From the NCBI GenBank assembly GCA_038046545.1, contig JBBSVZ010000049.1:1-34840 (forward strand): a DNA stretch of 34,840 bases. Reading direction: 5' to 3'. A program made the translations under genes and the position numbers. The stretch comes from Nanobdellota archaeon (lineage in GTDB: Archaea > Nanobdellota > Nanobdellia > Woesearchaeales > JBBSVZ01). Shown here piece after piece: positions 7,988 through 15,851 of this stretch (its first letter is position 1; every line of letters starts with the position of its first letter). The notes below the pieces were generated by a model. It was not told where the DNA came from, made no database searches, and worked only from the letters and a program-made list of their open reading frames with translations.

Positions 7988-8316
7988 TAATCAATAAGCG
8001 CCTTGAAGACGAGATAAACAGGCGCTTCAAAGGAAAGGCGCCTGAAGTGTTGAGGCATCTTAAGAGCCTCGCCGAAGCCCCGAACAAAGGAAAATCTCTT
8101 GGCCACGTAGGAGGAATCGTCATCAAAGAAGTTAAATATGAAGGATTCCGGTTCTACTTTGTAACTGATGGTTACAAGCTCGCAATCTACAAAATTGAGG
8201 AACTGAGCGAACTGCTTATCCAGTTTGTGCGCATGTCTGACAAGAAACACCAGCAAAGGACAATAGAAGAGATAAAACTAGTACTTCGAACGATAGGACC
8301 TGCAGGGTTCAAATAG
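7975..8316 (+). CDS. RelE/ParE-like toxin (module 2)
   Basis: 113 aa, basic; LKSLAEAPNKGKSLG...IKEVKYEGFRFYF...RMSDKK pattern; 13-nt overlap with the antitoxin. Confidence 0.6.
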   Translation: MAQVIINKRLEDEINRRFKGKAPEVLRHLKSLAEAPNKGKSLGHVGGIVIKEVKYEGFRFYFVTDGYKLAIYKIEELSELLIQFVRMSDKKHQQRTIEEIKLVLRTIGPAGFK

Positions 8317-8321
8317 ATATG

Positions 8322-8365
8322 AAATCCCTCTTTTTAACAGATTTGTCTATTGTCCGCCCGGAGCT
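8322..8365 (+). repeat. att-like site R3
   Basis: AAATCCCTCTTTTTAACA-GATTTGTCTATTGTC-CGCCCGGAGCT. Confidence 0.85.
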
Positions 8366-8408
8366 GCTTTTGACAAATCTTTATTAACAGAACTTAAATT
8401 TTCAGGCA

Positions 8409-8921
8409 ATGACAAAACGGCTTGAGTCCATTATAAAAGAAGAGATCACTCCTGCGAATTTGGTGTCTTTATTGAGGCCTATAGCTGCTTACATCGGGCT
8501 AAAAAAATTGAAAGGCAAAGAGCTCAGCATATATTTGGGCGCGGTGATGCTGACCGATGTTCTGGACGGAATTTTGGCTAGAAAGCAAGGTCCTTCGCCT
8601 TTGGGCGGGCACATCGACAGGATCTCAGATCATGCGACAGAGGTAATCGCCTATTCCTGCCTTGGGTATCCGGTCCAGGCGAAAGTTCACGCAGTCCGAG
8701 ACTTAATTGTTGACTTCACCCTTGCTATGGGTTGGGCGGACGAAAAAGACAAACCAAGGAGCGACCCTTACTCAAAAACTGCTTATGCTTCGCTTAAGGC
8801 AGCCGCATTCATGCTGACCCCTCTGAACAGAAAAGCCGGCAATGCATTAGGATTGTTAGCTACAGCGGTCTCATTGGAAAGGGCTCTTGAGCTTTACGAT
8901 CCCGTTGTACAGAACCGCTGA
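8409..8921 (+). CDS. CDP-alcohol phosphatidyltransferase family protein (module 3)
   Basis: PANLVSLLR and the signature DVLDGILAR...GGHIDRISD (DxxDGxxAR...GxxxDxxxD); own TATA box TTTATTAA at 8380-8387. Confidence 0.85.
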   Translation: MTKRLESIIKEEITPANLVSLLRPIAAYIGLKKLKGKELSIYLGAVMLTDVLDGILARKQGPSPLGGHIDRISDHATEVIAYSCLGYPVQAKVHAVRDLIVDFTLAMGWADEKDKPRSDPYSKTAYASLKAAAFMLTPLNRKAGNALGLLATAVSLERALELYDPVVQNR

Positions 8922-8953
8922 AAGCAAATAACGGCAGCCGAGCATATAGCTCC

Positions 8954-8988
8954 TAACAAAAACACTGAGTGCCCGCCCGGGGCCATAC
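8954..8988 (+). repeat. att-like site R4
   Basis: TAACA-AAAACACTGAGTGCC-CGCCCGGGGCCATAC; 31/35 identical to R5 (9730-9764). Confidence 0.85.
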
Positions 8989-9009
8989 TTCTTTTGTAAT
9001 AGCCCTATT

Positions 9010-9417
9010 TTATGCTTCTTGCAGGAATTTTTGCGGTGTAAGTATTCTAATTTTCGCATACATTCCAATAGCGAGCAAGTGCCTGTCTTGGCTTACGATG
9101 CAATTTGCTTTCCCTTCCAACGCACTTTCGATGAATTTGTCATCGTCAGGGTCTTCTAGAACAACCCTTATTTTTTTCTTTGGGTACACCATGTACCCGA
9201 GGTCGATTATTTTTTGTACCGCCAGCCTTCGCTCATCATAATGTCCTACTTTCTCTGCGAGTTCTCGGTACAGCATAACACGGCGGTATTCCTCAAGAAT
9301 TTCAGGTGAAACAATGAGAACATGCTTTTTCTCACTTATCGAAGTTAAAATGCTCAAAGAAGGGCCAGACCAGAAAGTACCTGATACAAGTACATTGGTA
9401 TCAAGGACGATTCTCAG
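9010..9417 (-). CDS. PIN-domain (VapC-like) toxin, probable CTG start (module 4)
   Basis: The frame extends upstream of the tracked TTG (9357) to CTG-AGA-ATC-GTC-CTT-GAT-ACC-AAT (xRIVLDTNVLVSG); also DPDDDKFIESA and IVSQDRHLL motifs. Confidence 0.85.
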   Translation of the reverse strand: MRIVLDTNVLVSGTFWSGPSLSILTSISEKKHVLIVSPEILEEYRRVMLYRELAEKVGHYDERRLAVQKIIDLGYMVYPKKKIRVVLEDPDDDKFIESALEGKANCIVSQDRHLLAIGMYAKIRILTPQKFLQEA

Positions 9418-9667
9418 TCTTACGAACTCGCTGGATCATGTCAAGGACATCGCTTTGGTTGAGGTTTGCTTTTTTTGCCGCGGCTCTTAGGGGTCGGGTT
9501 ACCTCATCCCACGAAAGATTCTTCACCTTCCTCAAAAGCAAGTCATTGCCTTCGAGAAAAAATAGGAGTTTTTCTCCTTCCTTCAATCCCATTTTTTGCC
9601 GTATTTCTGATGGAATTGCAATCTGCCCTCGCGCGCTCACGGTTCCAATCTCAATAGCATTCACCAT
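9401..9667 (-). CDS. AbrB/MazE/SpoVT-family antitoxin (module 4)
   Basis: VSARGQIAIPSEIRQKMGLKEGEKL motif; overlaps the PIN gene start. Confidence 0.9.
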   Translation of the reverse strand: MVNAIEIGTVSARGQIAIPSEIRQKMGLKEGEKLLFFLEGNDLLLRKVKNLSWDEVTRPLRAAAKKANLNQSDVLDMIQRVRKTENRP

Positions 9668-9715
9668 ATCTTGTAAATAAGACGTATCTTGTATATTAAC
9701 CTTTCGCTAAAAAGC

Positions 9716-9764
9716 GGAATTCTCATTTTTAACAAAAACAATGTATGCCCGCCCGGGGCTATAC
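9716..9764 (+). repeat. att-like site R5
   Basis: GGAATTCTCATTTTTAACA-AAAACAATGTATGCC-CGCCCGGGGCTATAC. Confidence 0.88.
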
Positions 9765-9813
9765 CATTACATTTTGTTAATTTTTCGCAATATTTATATA
9801 TTTGTAATGGTAT
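9761..9813 (+). promoter_or_regulatory. Fic promoter bracketed by an 11-bp perfect inverted repeat
   Basis: ATACCATTACA (9761-9771) and TGTAATGGTAT (9803-9813) enclose the TATA box TTTATATA (9793-9800). Confidence 0.6.
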
Positions 9814-9822
9814 TTCTTGTCC

Positions 9823-10668
9823 ATGAAGGTAATTGAACGGAAGGGATTTTATTACTTAGGCCATAGTTTTAGGAAAGCGGGGAAAGTGACATATCGTGAG
9901 ACTTACCTAGGAAAGCAGGTTCCGCAGAATATCGATGAAATTTCAGAATTCTTTTTGCGACTCATACTTCAAGAAGATGAATTTATCAAACTCGAAAAAA
10001 TAAGAAAAAACTTCAAGGAGCAATGGAATAAATATCCCGAAAGTATCAAAAAGAAGATTCTTCTTGACTTCTCAATAGACTTTACTTATAACACTAACGC
10101 AATTGAAGGCTCTACCATAACAAAAGAAGAAACTGATGAGATTGTAAAAGCAAAAATATCTCCAAACAAGCCTTTGCCAGACATATTAGAGACGATCTCT
10201 CATTCAAAGGTCTTTTTTATGGCATTGCATGAGAAAAAACCGCTATCTGCGAGAATGGTTTTAGATTGGCATCATGAGCTATTCAAGGAAACAAAGCCTG
10301 ATATCGCCGGAAAAATTCGCGAATATCTTGTTAGAGTCGGCGACTACAGAGCACCTGACTGGCAAGACTTGAAGAAATTAATGAAAGATTATTTTGTTTG
10401 GTATGAAAAAAATAAGAGAAGGATGCACCCCATTGAACTGGCAGCAAGGGCACATTACAAATTCGAGAAAATCCACCCATTCGGCGATGGAAATGGAAGG
10501 GTTGGACGTCTCATAATCGCATACATGCTCAAAGAAGGCGGATATCCATCATTGATATTAGAGTATAAGAAAAGAAAATCTTACTATCATGCATTGAAAA
10601 GAACTGAAAATGACTTTGTAAACTACTTAATAAAAAGATACCTAAGCAGACATAAGGAGTTTTTATAG
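9823..10668 (+). CDS. Fic-family AMPylase (module 5)
   Basis: Canonical HPFGDGNGRVGR motif; TYNTNAIEG inhibitory-helix-like motif; the ATG at 9823 lies 22 nt after the TATA box. Confidence 0.92.
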   Translation: MKVIERKGFYYLGHSFRKAGKVTYRETYLGKQVPQNIDEISEFFLRLILQEDEFIKLEKIRKNFKEQWNKYPESIKKKILLDFSIDFTYNTNAIEGSTITKEETDEIVKAKISPNKPLPDILETISHSKVFFMALHEKKPLSARMVLDWHHELFKETKPDIAGKIREYLVRVGDYRAPDWQDLKKLMKDYFVWYEKNKRRMHPIELAARAHYKFEKIHPFGDGNGRVGRLIIAYMLKEGGYPSLILEYKKRKSYYHALKRTENDFVNYLIKRYLSRHKEFL

Positions 10669-10710
10669 AATCTATTTTTTAACAAAAATGCTCAATGCCC
10701 ACTCAGGGGT
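10668..10710 (+). repeat. att-like site R6 (degenerate)
   Basis: GAATCTATTTTTTAACA-AAAATGCTCAATGCC-CACTCAGGGGT; same 15-nt spacing, core 7/11 identical to CGCCCGGGGCT. Confidence 0.65.
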
Positions 10711-10767
10711 AGACTAGTCAAGGCCACAAACCAAAGAAAATAACAAAGTAAAAATAAAAAGTATTAG

Positions 10768-11124
10768 TTAATCCTTCCAGGGCGTCATTAACTGAAAGTA
10801 ATTCCCGTCAGGGTCTGCAAATGTTGCAATCCATGAGCCGCCGGCATCATATGGCTCCGCGATAACTTTGGCGCCAGTGGATTTTATTCTCTTGAATTCC
10901 TTCTTTACTTCTTTTGTTTCAAGATTGAACATTATTCTCGCGGGCTCCTTTGATTTTCCCTTGACTTTAGAATGTGCCCCTATAGTGAAGAACGTCTTTC
11001 CTACCTGCCATCCTGCCCATAAGCCGTCTTCCATGTCAGCAGGCTTGTTGAAAACCTTGGCATAAAATTTGGCAAGGACTTTCGGATTAGCAGTTCCAAT
11101 CATTACCGAGTTTAGATTTAACAT
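10768..11124 (-). CDS. VOC/glyoxalase family protein
   Basis: LAKFYAKVF...GAKVIAEPY...ATFADPDGNYFQL. Confidence 0.88.
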   Translation of the reverse strand: MLNLNSVMIGTANPKVLAKFYAKVFNKPADMEDGLWAGWQVGKTFFTIGAHSKVKGKSKEPARIMFNLETKEVKKEFKRIKSTGAKVIAEPYDAGGSWIATFADPDGNYFQLMTPWKD

Positions 11125-11134
11125 ATTATCACCT

Positions 11135-11686
11135 TTATTTGTAAAAAAGAAGAACGTTGCCTGAGTTAAAAACCTTTGTTTTAACTAGAGCCAGTTGAAT
11201 CCGCTCTTTGAGGCCATCGAAAAGGGGTTTTCCTGCCCCGAGCACCACTGGGTTCACCATTATCTGGAATTCGTCAATTAATCCCTCGCTGATGAAGGTT
11301 AGTGCAAGGTCTGAGCTGCCGAGGATTGCAATGGCTTTTCCTTCCTGGTTTTTTAATTTCCTTAGCTCATCCGCAGCATTATTTTTGACTAGCCGTGTGT
11401 TTTCCCAATCTGTTTTTATCAAAGTCCTTGAAAAAACAATTTTTTCAGTATTGTTCATTTGCGCTGCGACGATTGGATCATTCTTTAGGGCATCAGCTGA
11501 CGGCCAGTAAGTTGCCATGAGCTCGTAAGTCTTCCTTCCGAAGAGCAGCAGGTCGGATTCGCCGACATTCTTTATTGCGAAATCATTGAACTCCTTATTA
11601 TCTGCGTTATGCCAGTCTATCTCGTGGTTTGGTCCTTCATAATAGCCGTCAAGGCTGACCATCATGAACAAAAGAACTTTTCTCAG
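11135..11686 (-). CDS. Dihydrofolate reductase-like (RibD C-terminal domain) protein, probable CTG start
   Basis: xRKVLLFMMVSLDGY...LLFGRKTYE...GSSDLA...GLIDEF...PVVLGAGKPLF; CTG at 11686 lies 1 nt after the upstream stop codon. Confidence 0.88.
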   Translation of the reverse strand: MRKVLLFMMVSLDGYYEGPNHEIDWHNADNKEFNDFAIKNVGESDLLLFGRKTYELMATYWPSADALKNDPIVAAQMNNTEKIVFSRTLIKTDWENTRLVKNNAADELRKLKNQEGKAIAILGSSDLALTFISEGLIDEFQIMVNPVVLGAGKPLFDGLKERIQLALVKTKVFNSGNVLLFYK

Positions 11687-11687
11687 T

Positions 11688-12578
11688 TTATTTCTCGTAT
11701 GCCTGCTTTAATTTTTTTATGTCAAGTTTATGCATCTTGAGCAATTCAGTCATCACTCTTTCCGATTTCTTTGCATCTTTATCATTCAACATCCCATCCA
11801 ATTCTATTGGAACGATTTGCCAAGACACGCCAAATTTATCTTTAAGCCAACCGCATTGGCTCTGCTCTCCGCCTTTAGTGAGCTTCTGCCAATAAGTGTC
11901 TATTTCATCCTGCGTATCACAATTTATTACAAATGAAATGGATTCGTTGAAGCCAAACTTGTGCGGTCCTGATCCATCCATTGCTACAAATTCTTGTCCT
12001 TCAAGAAAAAAAGAAGCGTGCTTTATGCTGCCTGCCTTCCCGGTTTCTCCTTTCCCATAATATAAAATATGGTCGATATGAGCGTACTTGAATTGGGCTG
12101 TGTAAAACTTTATGGCAGATTCGGCTTTTCCAAGGTCCTTACCAACAAAGAGGAGACATGGAGTAATATGCGGTTGTGAAGGCGAAAGTATGAGCTGCCA
12201 GGCAACTCCGAATTTATCCTTCAGAAATGCATACCTTTCGCTGAAGGGGTATTTGTCAAGCGGCATAAGGATTTCACCGTTTTGTGAGAGTTTTTTGAAA
12301 AGATAATCAATGGCGGGTTTTGTCTTGCAATACACAAAAAAAGAAATTGCCGGGGAGAATTTGAATACTGGTCCGCCGTTTAGGGCCAAGAAATCCTGCC
12401 CCATGAGTTTGAAAGAAACAGTCAGTACAGAACCTTTGGGCTGGCCAGAAACCGCTGCACTTCCAGCATCATAACGGGTGATGATTCCAATCTTTGATTT
12501 TTTAAAAACAGAATCATAAAAATCCACAGCCTCTTCGGCATTGCTGTCGAACCAAAGGCAAGGAACTATTTTTTGCAT
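11688..12578 (-). CDS. Two-domain VOC protein (PhnB / 3-demethylubiquinone-9 3-methyltransferase-like)
   Basis: MQKIVPCLWFDSNAEEA...ALNGGP...LKDKFGVAWQ and a second copy QCGWLKDKFGVSWQIVP. Confidence 0.9.
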   Translation of the reverse strand: MQKIVPCLWFDSNAEEAVDFYDSVFKKSKIGIITRYDAGSAAVSGQPKGSVLTVSFKLMGQDFLALNGGPVFKFSPAISFFVYCKTKPAIDYLFKKLSQNGEILMPLDKYPFSERYAFLKDKFGVAWQLILSPSQPHITPCLLFVGKDLGKAESAIKFYTAQFKYAHIDHILYYGKGETGKAGSIKHASFFLEGQEFVAMDGSGPHKFGFNESISFVINCDTQDEIDTYWQKLTKGGEQSQCGWLKDKFGVSWQIVPIELDGMLNDKDAKKSERVMTELLKMHKLDIKKLKQAYEK

Positions 12579-12593
12579 ATTTGCTCCATTGCC

Positions 12594-13073
12594 TTACTTC
12601 AAGCTTTCAGCTAATTTGTCAAAGCTTTCATTCCAGCTCTGAATTGTCAGTTCAGTCATTGTCCCTTCAGGATGTCCATCGTGACACAGAGTCATTTTCG
12701 TTTTTCCATCAATATCTTCAAATGTAACTGTCACTTTCATTTCCATGGGAAAGTCCACGCCCATACCATAATGAGTTGCAGGCACAACATTGCCTTTTTC
12801 GTCGGAAAATGAATCTGTACAAACAATTTTTTTGAAAGGAACGATTTCCTTGTATATTCCTGTGCTCCAGAATTCCTTACCGGTAAAATCTCCTTCTTCT
12901 CCGCGCATGCAAAGCAAGTATTTTCCTCCAACACGAAAGTCTATCTTAGCAACAGGGCAGCTGAAAATTTTTGGACCCCACCAGCGCATAGCCTCTTTTG
13001 GTACTGTCCATGCGTTCCATACGAACTTGCTCGGCGCATCGAAGATGCGAGTAATTATCAATTCGCTTGCCAT
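12594..13073 (-). CDS. SRPBCC / AHSA1-like protein
   Basis: ITRIFDAP...VWNAWT...WWGP...DFRVGGKY...WNESFDKL. Confidence 0.9.
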   Translation of the reverse strand: MASELIITRIFDAPSKFVWNAWTVPKEAMRWWGPKIFSCPVAKIDFRVGGKYLLCMRGEEGDFTGKEFWSTGIYKEIVPFKKIVCTDSFSDEKGNVVPATHYGMGVDFPMEMKVTVTFEDIDGKTKMTLCHDGHPEGTMTELTIQSWNESFDKLAESLK

Positions 13074-13269
13074 AATTCTCCTCCTTGTTTCTTCAAGTAT
13101 TCGATTACCTGTTCTAAAGTCCCTTTAAAGCTTTGCTTTAACTGGAAAAATATTGGTTTAAACAATGAAATCCAGCTGAAGTATTAATCGGATATTCTTC
13201 CACAGGTATGAATTCAATAAGAAAATTTAAGAACGAACCCTGATTTGGCGCAGATGGTGGTGGTTGTTC

Positions 13270-14382
13270 ATGGCTGAAACTGAATTAAAGAGGACTCCTC
13301 TTCACGATAGACATGTAGAGATGGGCGCCAAAATGGTTCCGTTTGGCGGCTGGGATATGCCAGTGCGATATCACGGCGACATTGTCGAGCATAACGCAAT
13401 CAGGGAAAATGTGGGGATGTTTGATGTTTCGCACATGGGGGAATTTGAAGTCAAAGGAGAAAATGCGTTAGCATTTCTTCAGAGATTAACTACAAATGAC
13501 ATAGGAAACCTGCAAGTTGGCAGAGCACAATATTCGGTCATTTGCAATGAAAATGGCGGGATTATCGACGATATTTTGGTTTACCTGTATAAAGACAAGT
13601 ATGTAGTTGTCGTGAATGCAGCTAAAATTGACGAGGATTGGAAATGGTTCAATATGCAAGCTGCAGGCTACGATATCGAATTAAAAGATAAGTCGGCTGA
13701 AACAATTTTACTGGCAGTTCAAGGCAGGAATTCGCTTCCTTTGATACAGGGTTTAACTGATGTCGATATCGGTTCTTTAAAGCGTTTCAAGTTTTCCCAG
13801 GGCCGAGTAGCGGGAATAGACACAACAATCTCAAGGACAGGCTACACAGGTGAGCCTATAGGCTTTGAGCTGTTTGCAAACGCGGGAAATGCTGTTGAAT
13901 TGTATAGCGCATTGATAGCCGCGGGGAACCAATATGGAATGGAGCTTTGTGGCCTTGGGGCGAGGGACTCCCTGCGACTAGAAGCCTGTTTGATGCTAAA
14001 CGGCATGGACATGAGTCCAAGCATAAATCCTCTTGAAGCAGGCCTTCATAAGTGGGTCAAGCTAGACAAGGGAGAGTTTATTGGCGCAGAAGCGCTTCGG
14101 AAATCAATGGAAGGACGACAAGAAAAGACATTAGAGGGGTTCGCCATGACAGACAAAGCAAGCAGGCCACCAAGGCACGACTATGATTTAAGGACAATTG
14201 ATGGCGTTACGATTGGAAAAGTTACAAGCGGAGGCCCCTCAATCACGACAGGAAAAGGAATTGGCATGGGCTATGTCCCTGCAGGATTCTCTATTGTCGG
14301 CACACAACTGCTCGTCGACATCAGGGGAACAGATTCTCCAACGATGGTTGTTGATCGGCCGTTTTACAATCCGATAAAATAA
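13270..14382 (+). CDS. gcvT: Glycine cleavage system aminomethyltransferase T
   Basis: LKRTPLHDRH...MVPFGGWDMPVRY...EH...GMFDVSHMGE...SRTGYTGE...GLGARDSLRLEA. Confidence 0.96.
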   Translation: MAETELKRTPLHDRHVEMGAKMVPFGGWDMPVRYHGDIVEHNAIRENVGMFDVSHMGEFEVKGENALAFLQRLTTNDIGNLQVGRAQYSVICNENGGIIDDILVYLYKDKYVVVVNAAKIDEDWKWFNMQAAGYDIELKDKSAETILLAVQGRNSLPLIQGLTDVDIGSLKRFKFSQGRVAGIDTTISRTGYTGEPIGFELFANAGNAVELYSALIAAGNQYGMELCGLGARDSLRLEACLMLNGMDMSPSINPLEAGLHKWVKLDKGEFIGAEALRKSMEGRQEKTLEGFAMTDKASRPPRHDYDLRTIDGVTIGKVTSGGPSITTGKGIGMGYVPAGFSIVGTQLLVDIRGTDSPTMVVDRPFYNPIK

Positions 14383-14438
14383 AACGCAAGAAAAACATTT
14401 ATATAACACGCTTTAAAAATCGAAGCTGGGGAAGGGAT

Positions 14439-15851
14439 TTGACTAACAGGTTTTTAGGACTTACTGACATCGAGCGAGACCAGATGCTAGGCGCGCTCGG
14501 CTTCGGGTCGCTTGATGATCTTTTTTCTGCAGTCGTGCCTCCAGAGCACCAGTATTCCGGCAAGATGACCGAACTTGGCGATGCAAAAAGCGAACTGGAA
14601 GTTAGGTTGCACCTGGCGGAAATAGCCTTTCAGAATCGCAATGTCGAACCGCAGGCGATTTTCATCGGTGGCGGCCATTATCAGAGGGAAATACCCTCGG
14701 CAAACCAGATGATAGCTGGAAGAGGCGAATGGATGACTCCTTACACTCCTTACCAGGCTGAGGCTGCCCAAGGCATACTCGCAACTCTTATCGACTACCA
14801 GAGTTTAGTTAAGGAGATGACAGGGATGAAGATTGCGAATGCAGGGCTTTACCACGGAGCAAATTCACTGGTTGAAGCAACCTTTATGGCGTGCAGGATA
14901 ACTGGCAGGAATAAGGTTCTTTATTCGGAAGGCCTGCACCCGACTGCAATTGCCAATCTTCAAACCGCGTTCAATCCCAAAATATATTCTCAGGAATTCG
15001 AGCTTGCAAGCATACCCTCGACTAATGGAATCACGTTATCTAAGACTATTGAAGAATTAGTTGATGACAAGACTGCAGCGGTAATCGTCCAGAATCCGAA
15101 CTTCTTCGGGTTGCTTGACGGCATGGACGACCATGCTGATGCGATTCATGAGAAAGGCGCTCTGTATATATCATACGGCGGCGGGGACCAGATTTCTCTT
15201 GCATTGATTAAGCCGCCCGGAGAATTCGGCGCTGCTATTTACGCTGGAGAAGGACAGCACTTCGGAATTCCTGTAGGTTACGGCGGCCCTCACATTGGCA
15301 TGCTCGCAATGTCTGCAAGCCTTGATGACTCCGGAGGCAAGAACATCAGACAGCTCCCTGGCAGGCTTATTTTGCAGGCTGAAGACATGAACGGCAAAAG
15401 AGCGTTTCGACTTGGCCTTCAGACAAGAGAGCAGCACATAAGAAGGGAGAGAGCAACATCAAACACGTGCACTGCTGAAACACTCATCGCTGTCATGAGC
15501 ACAATATGGTTCGCAATCAAAGGCGAAGCTGGCGTCAGGGAAGCAGCATCACAATCTTATCACATTGCACATTATCTAGCAGGTGAAATCTCCAAACTCC
15601 CAGGGTATAACCTTCTTTACGGCGGGAATTTCTTCAATGAGTTCGTCGTCCAGGCGCCTCAGCCGGCATCAAAAATCGTCAATGCGCTTTCAGGAAGGGG
15701 AATTTTTGCAGGCGTGCCGCTTGAGGAAAGGTTCCCTAATTCTGGTTTTGAAGAGAATTCTATTCTCATGGCGGCAACTGAAATGAACAACAGCAAAGCG
15801 CATATCGGTAAACTGTTGGAGGGCTTGGCATATTATGGAACTGCTAACTGA
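14439..15851 (+). CDS. gcvPA: Glycine dehydrogenase (decarboxylating) subunit 1
   Basis: TPYTPYQAEAAQG, QNPNFFG, YGGPHIG, LPGRL, LQTREQHIRRERATSNTCT. Confidence 0.95.
   Translation: MTNRFLGLTDIERDQMLGALGFGSLDDLFSAVVPPEHQYSGKMTELGDAKSELEVRLHLAEIAFQNRNVEPQAIFIGGGHYQREIPSANQMIAGRGEWMTPYTPYQAEAAQGILATLIDYQSLVKEMTGMKIANAGLYHGANSLVEATFMACRITGRNKVLYSEGLHPTAIANLQTAFNPKIYSQEFELASIPSTNGITLSKTIEELVDDKTAAVIVQNPNFFGLLDGMDDHADAIHEKGALYISYGGGDQISLALIKPPGEFGAAIYAGEGQHFGIPVGYGGPHIGMLAMSASLDDSGGKNIRQLPGRLILQAEDMNGKRAFRLGLQTREQHIRRERATSNTCTAETLIAVMSTIWFAIKGEAGVREAASQSYHIAHYLAGEISKLPGYNLLYGGNFFNEFVVQAPQPASKIVNALSGRGIFAGVPLEERFPNSGFEENSILMAATEMNNSKAHIGKLLEGLAYYGTAN

Noticed and set aside
6445-10710. Repeats R1-R6 as a CRISPR array or classical integron attC sites
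   Set aside because: Spacing is 0.6-1 kb with whole genes between, and no cas genes are present. The sites lack RYYYAAC...GTTRRRY ends and an extended bottom-strand hairpin. I do not recognise IntI features in the integrase.
13130-13269. Glycine riboswitch upstream of gcvT
   Set aside because: No GGAGA...CCGAAG...CTCTCAGG aptamer pattern; the region looks like AT-rich divergent promoters.
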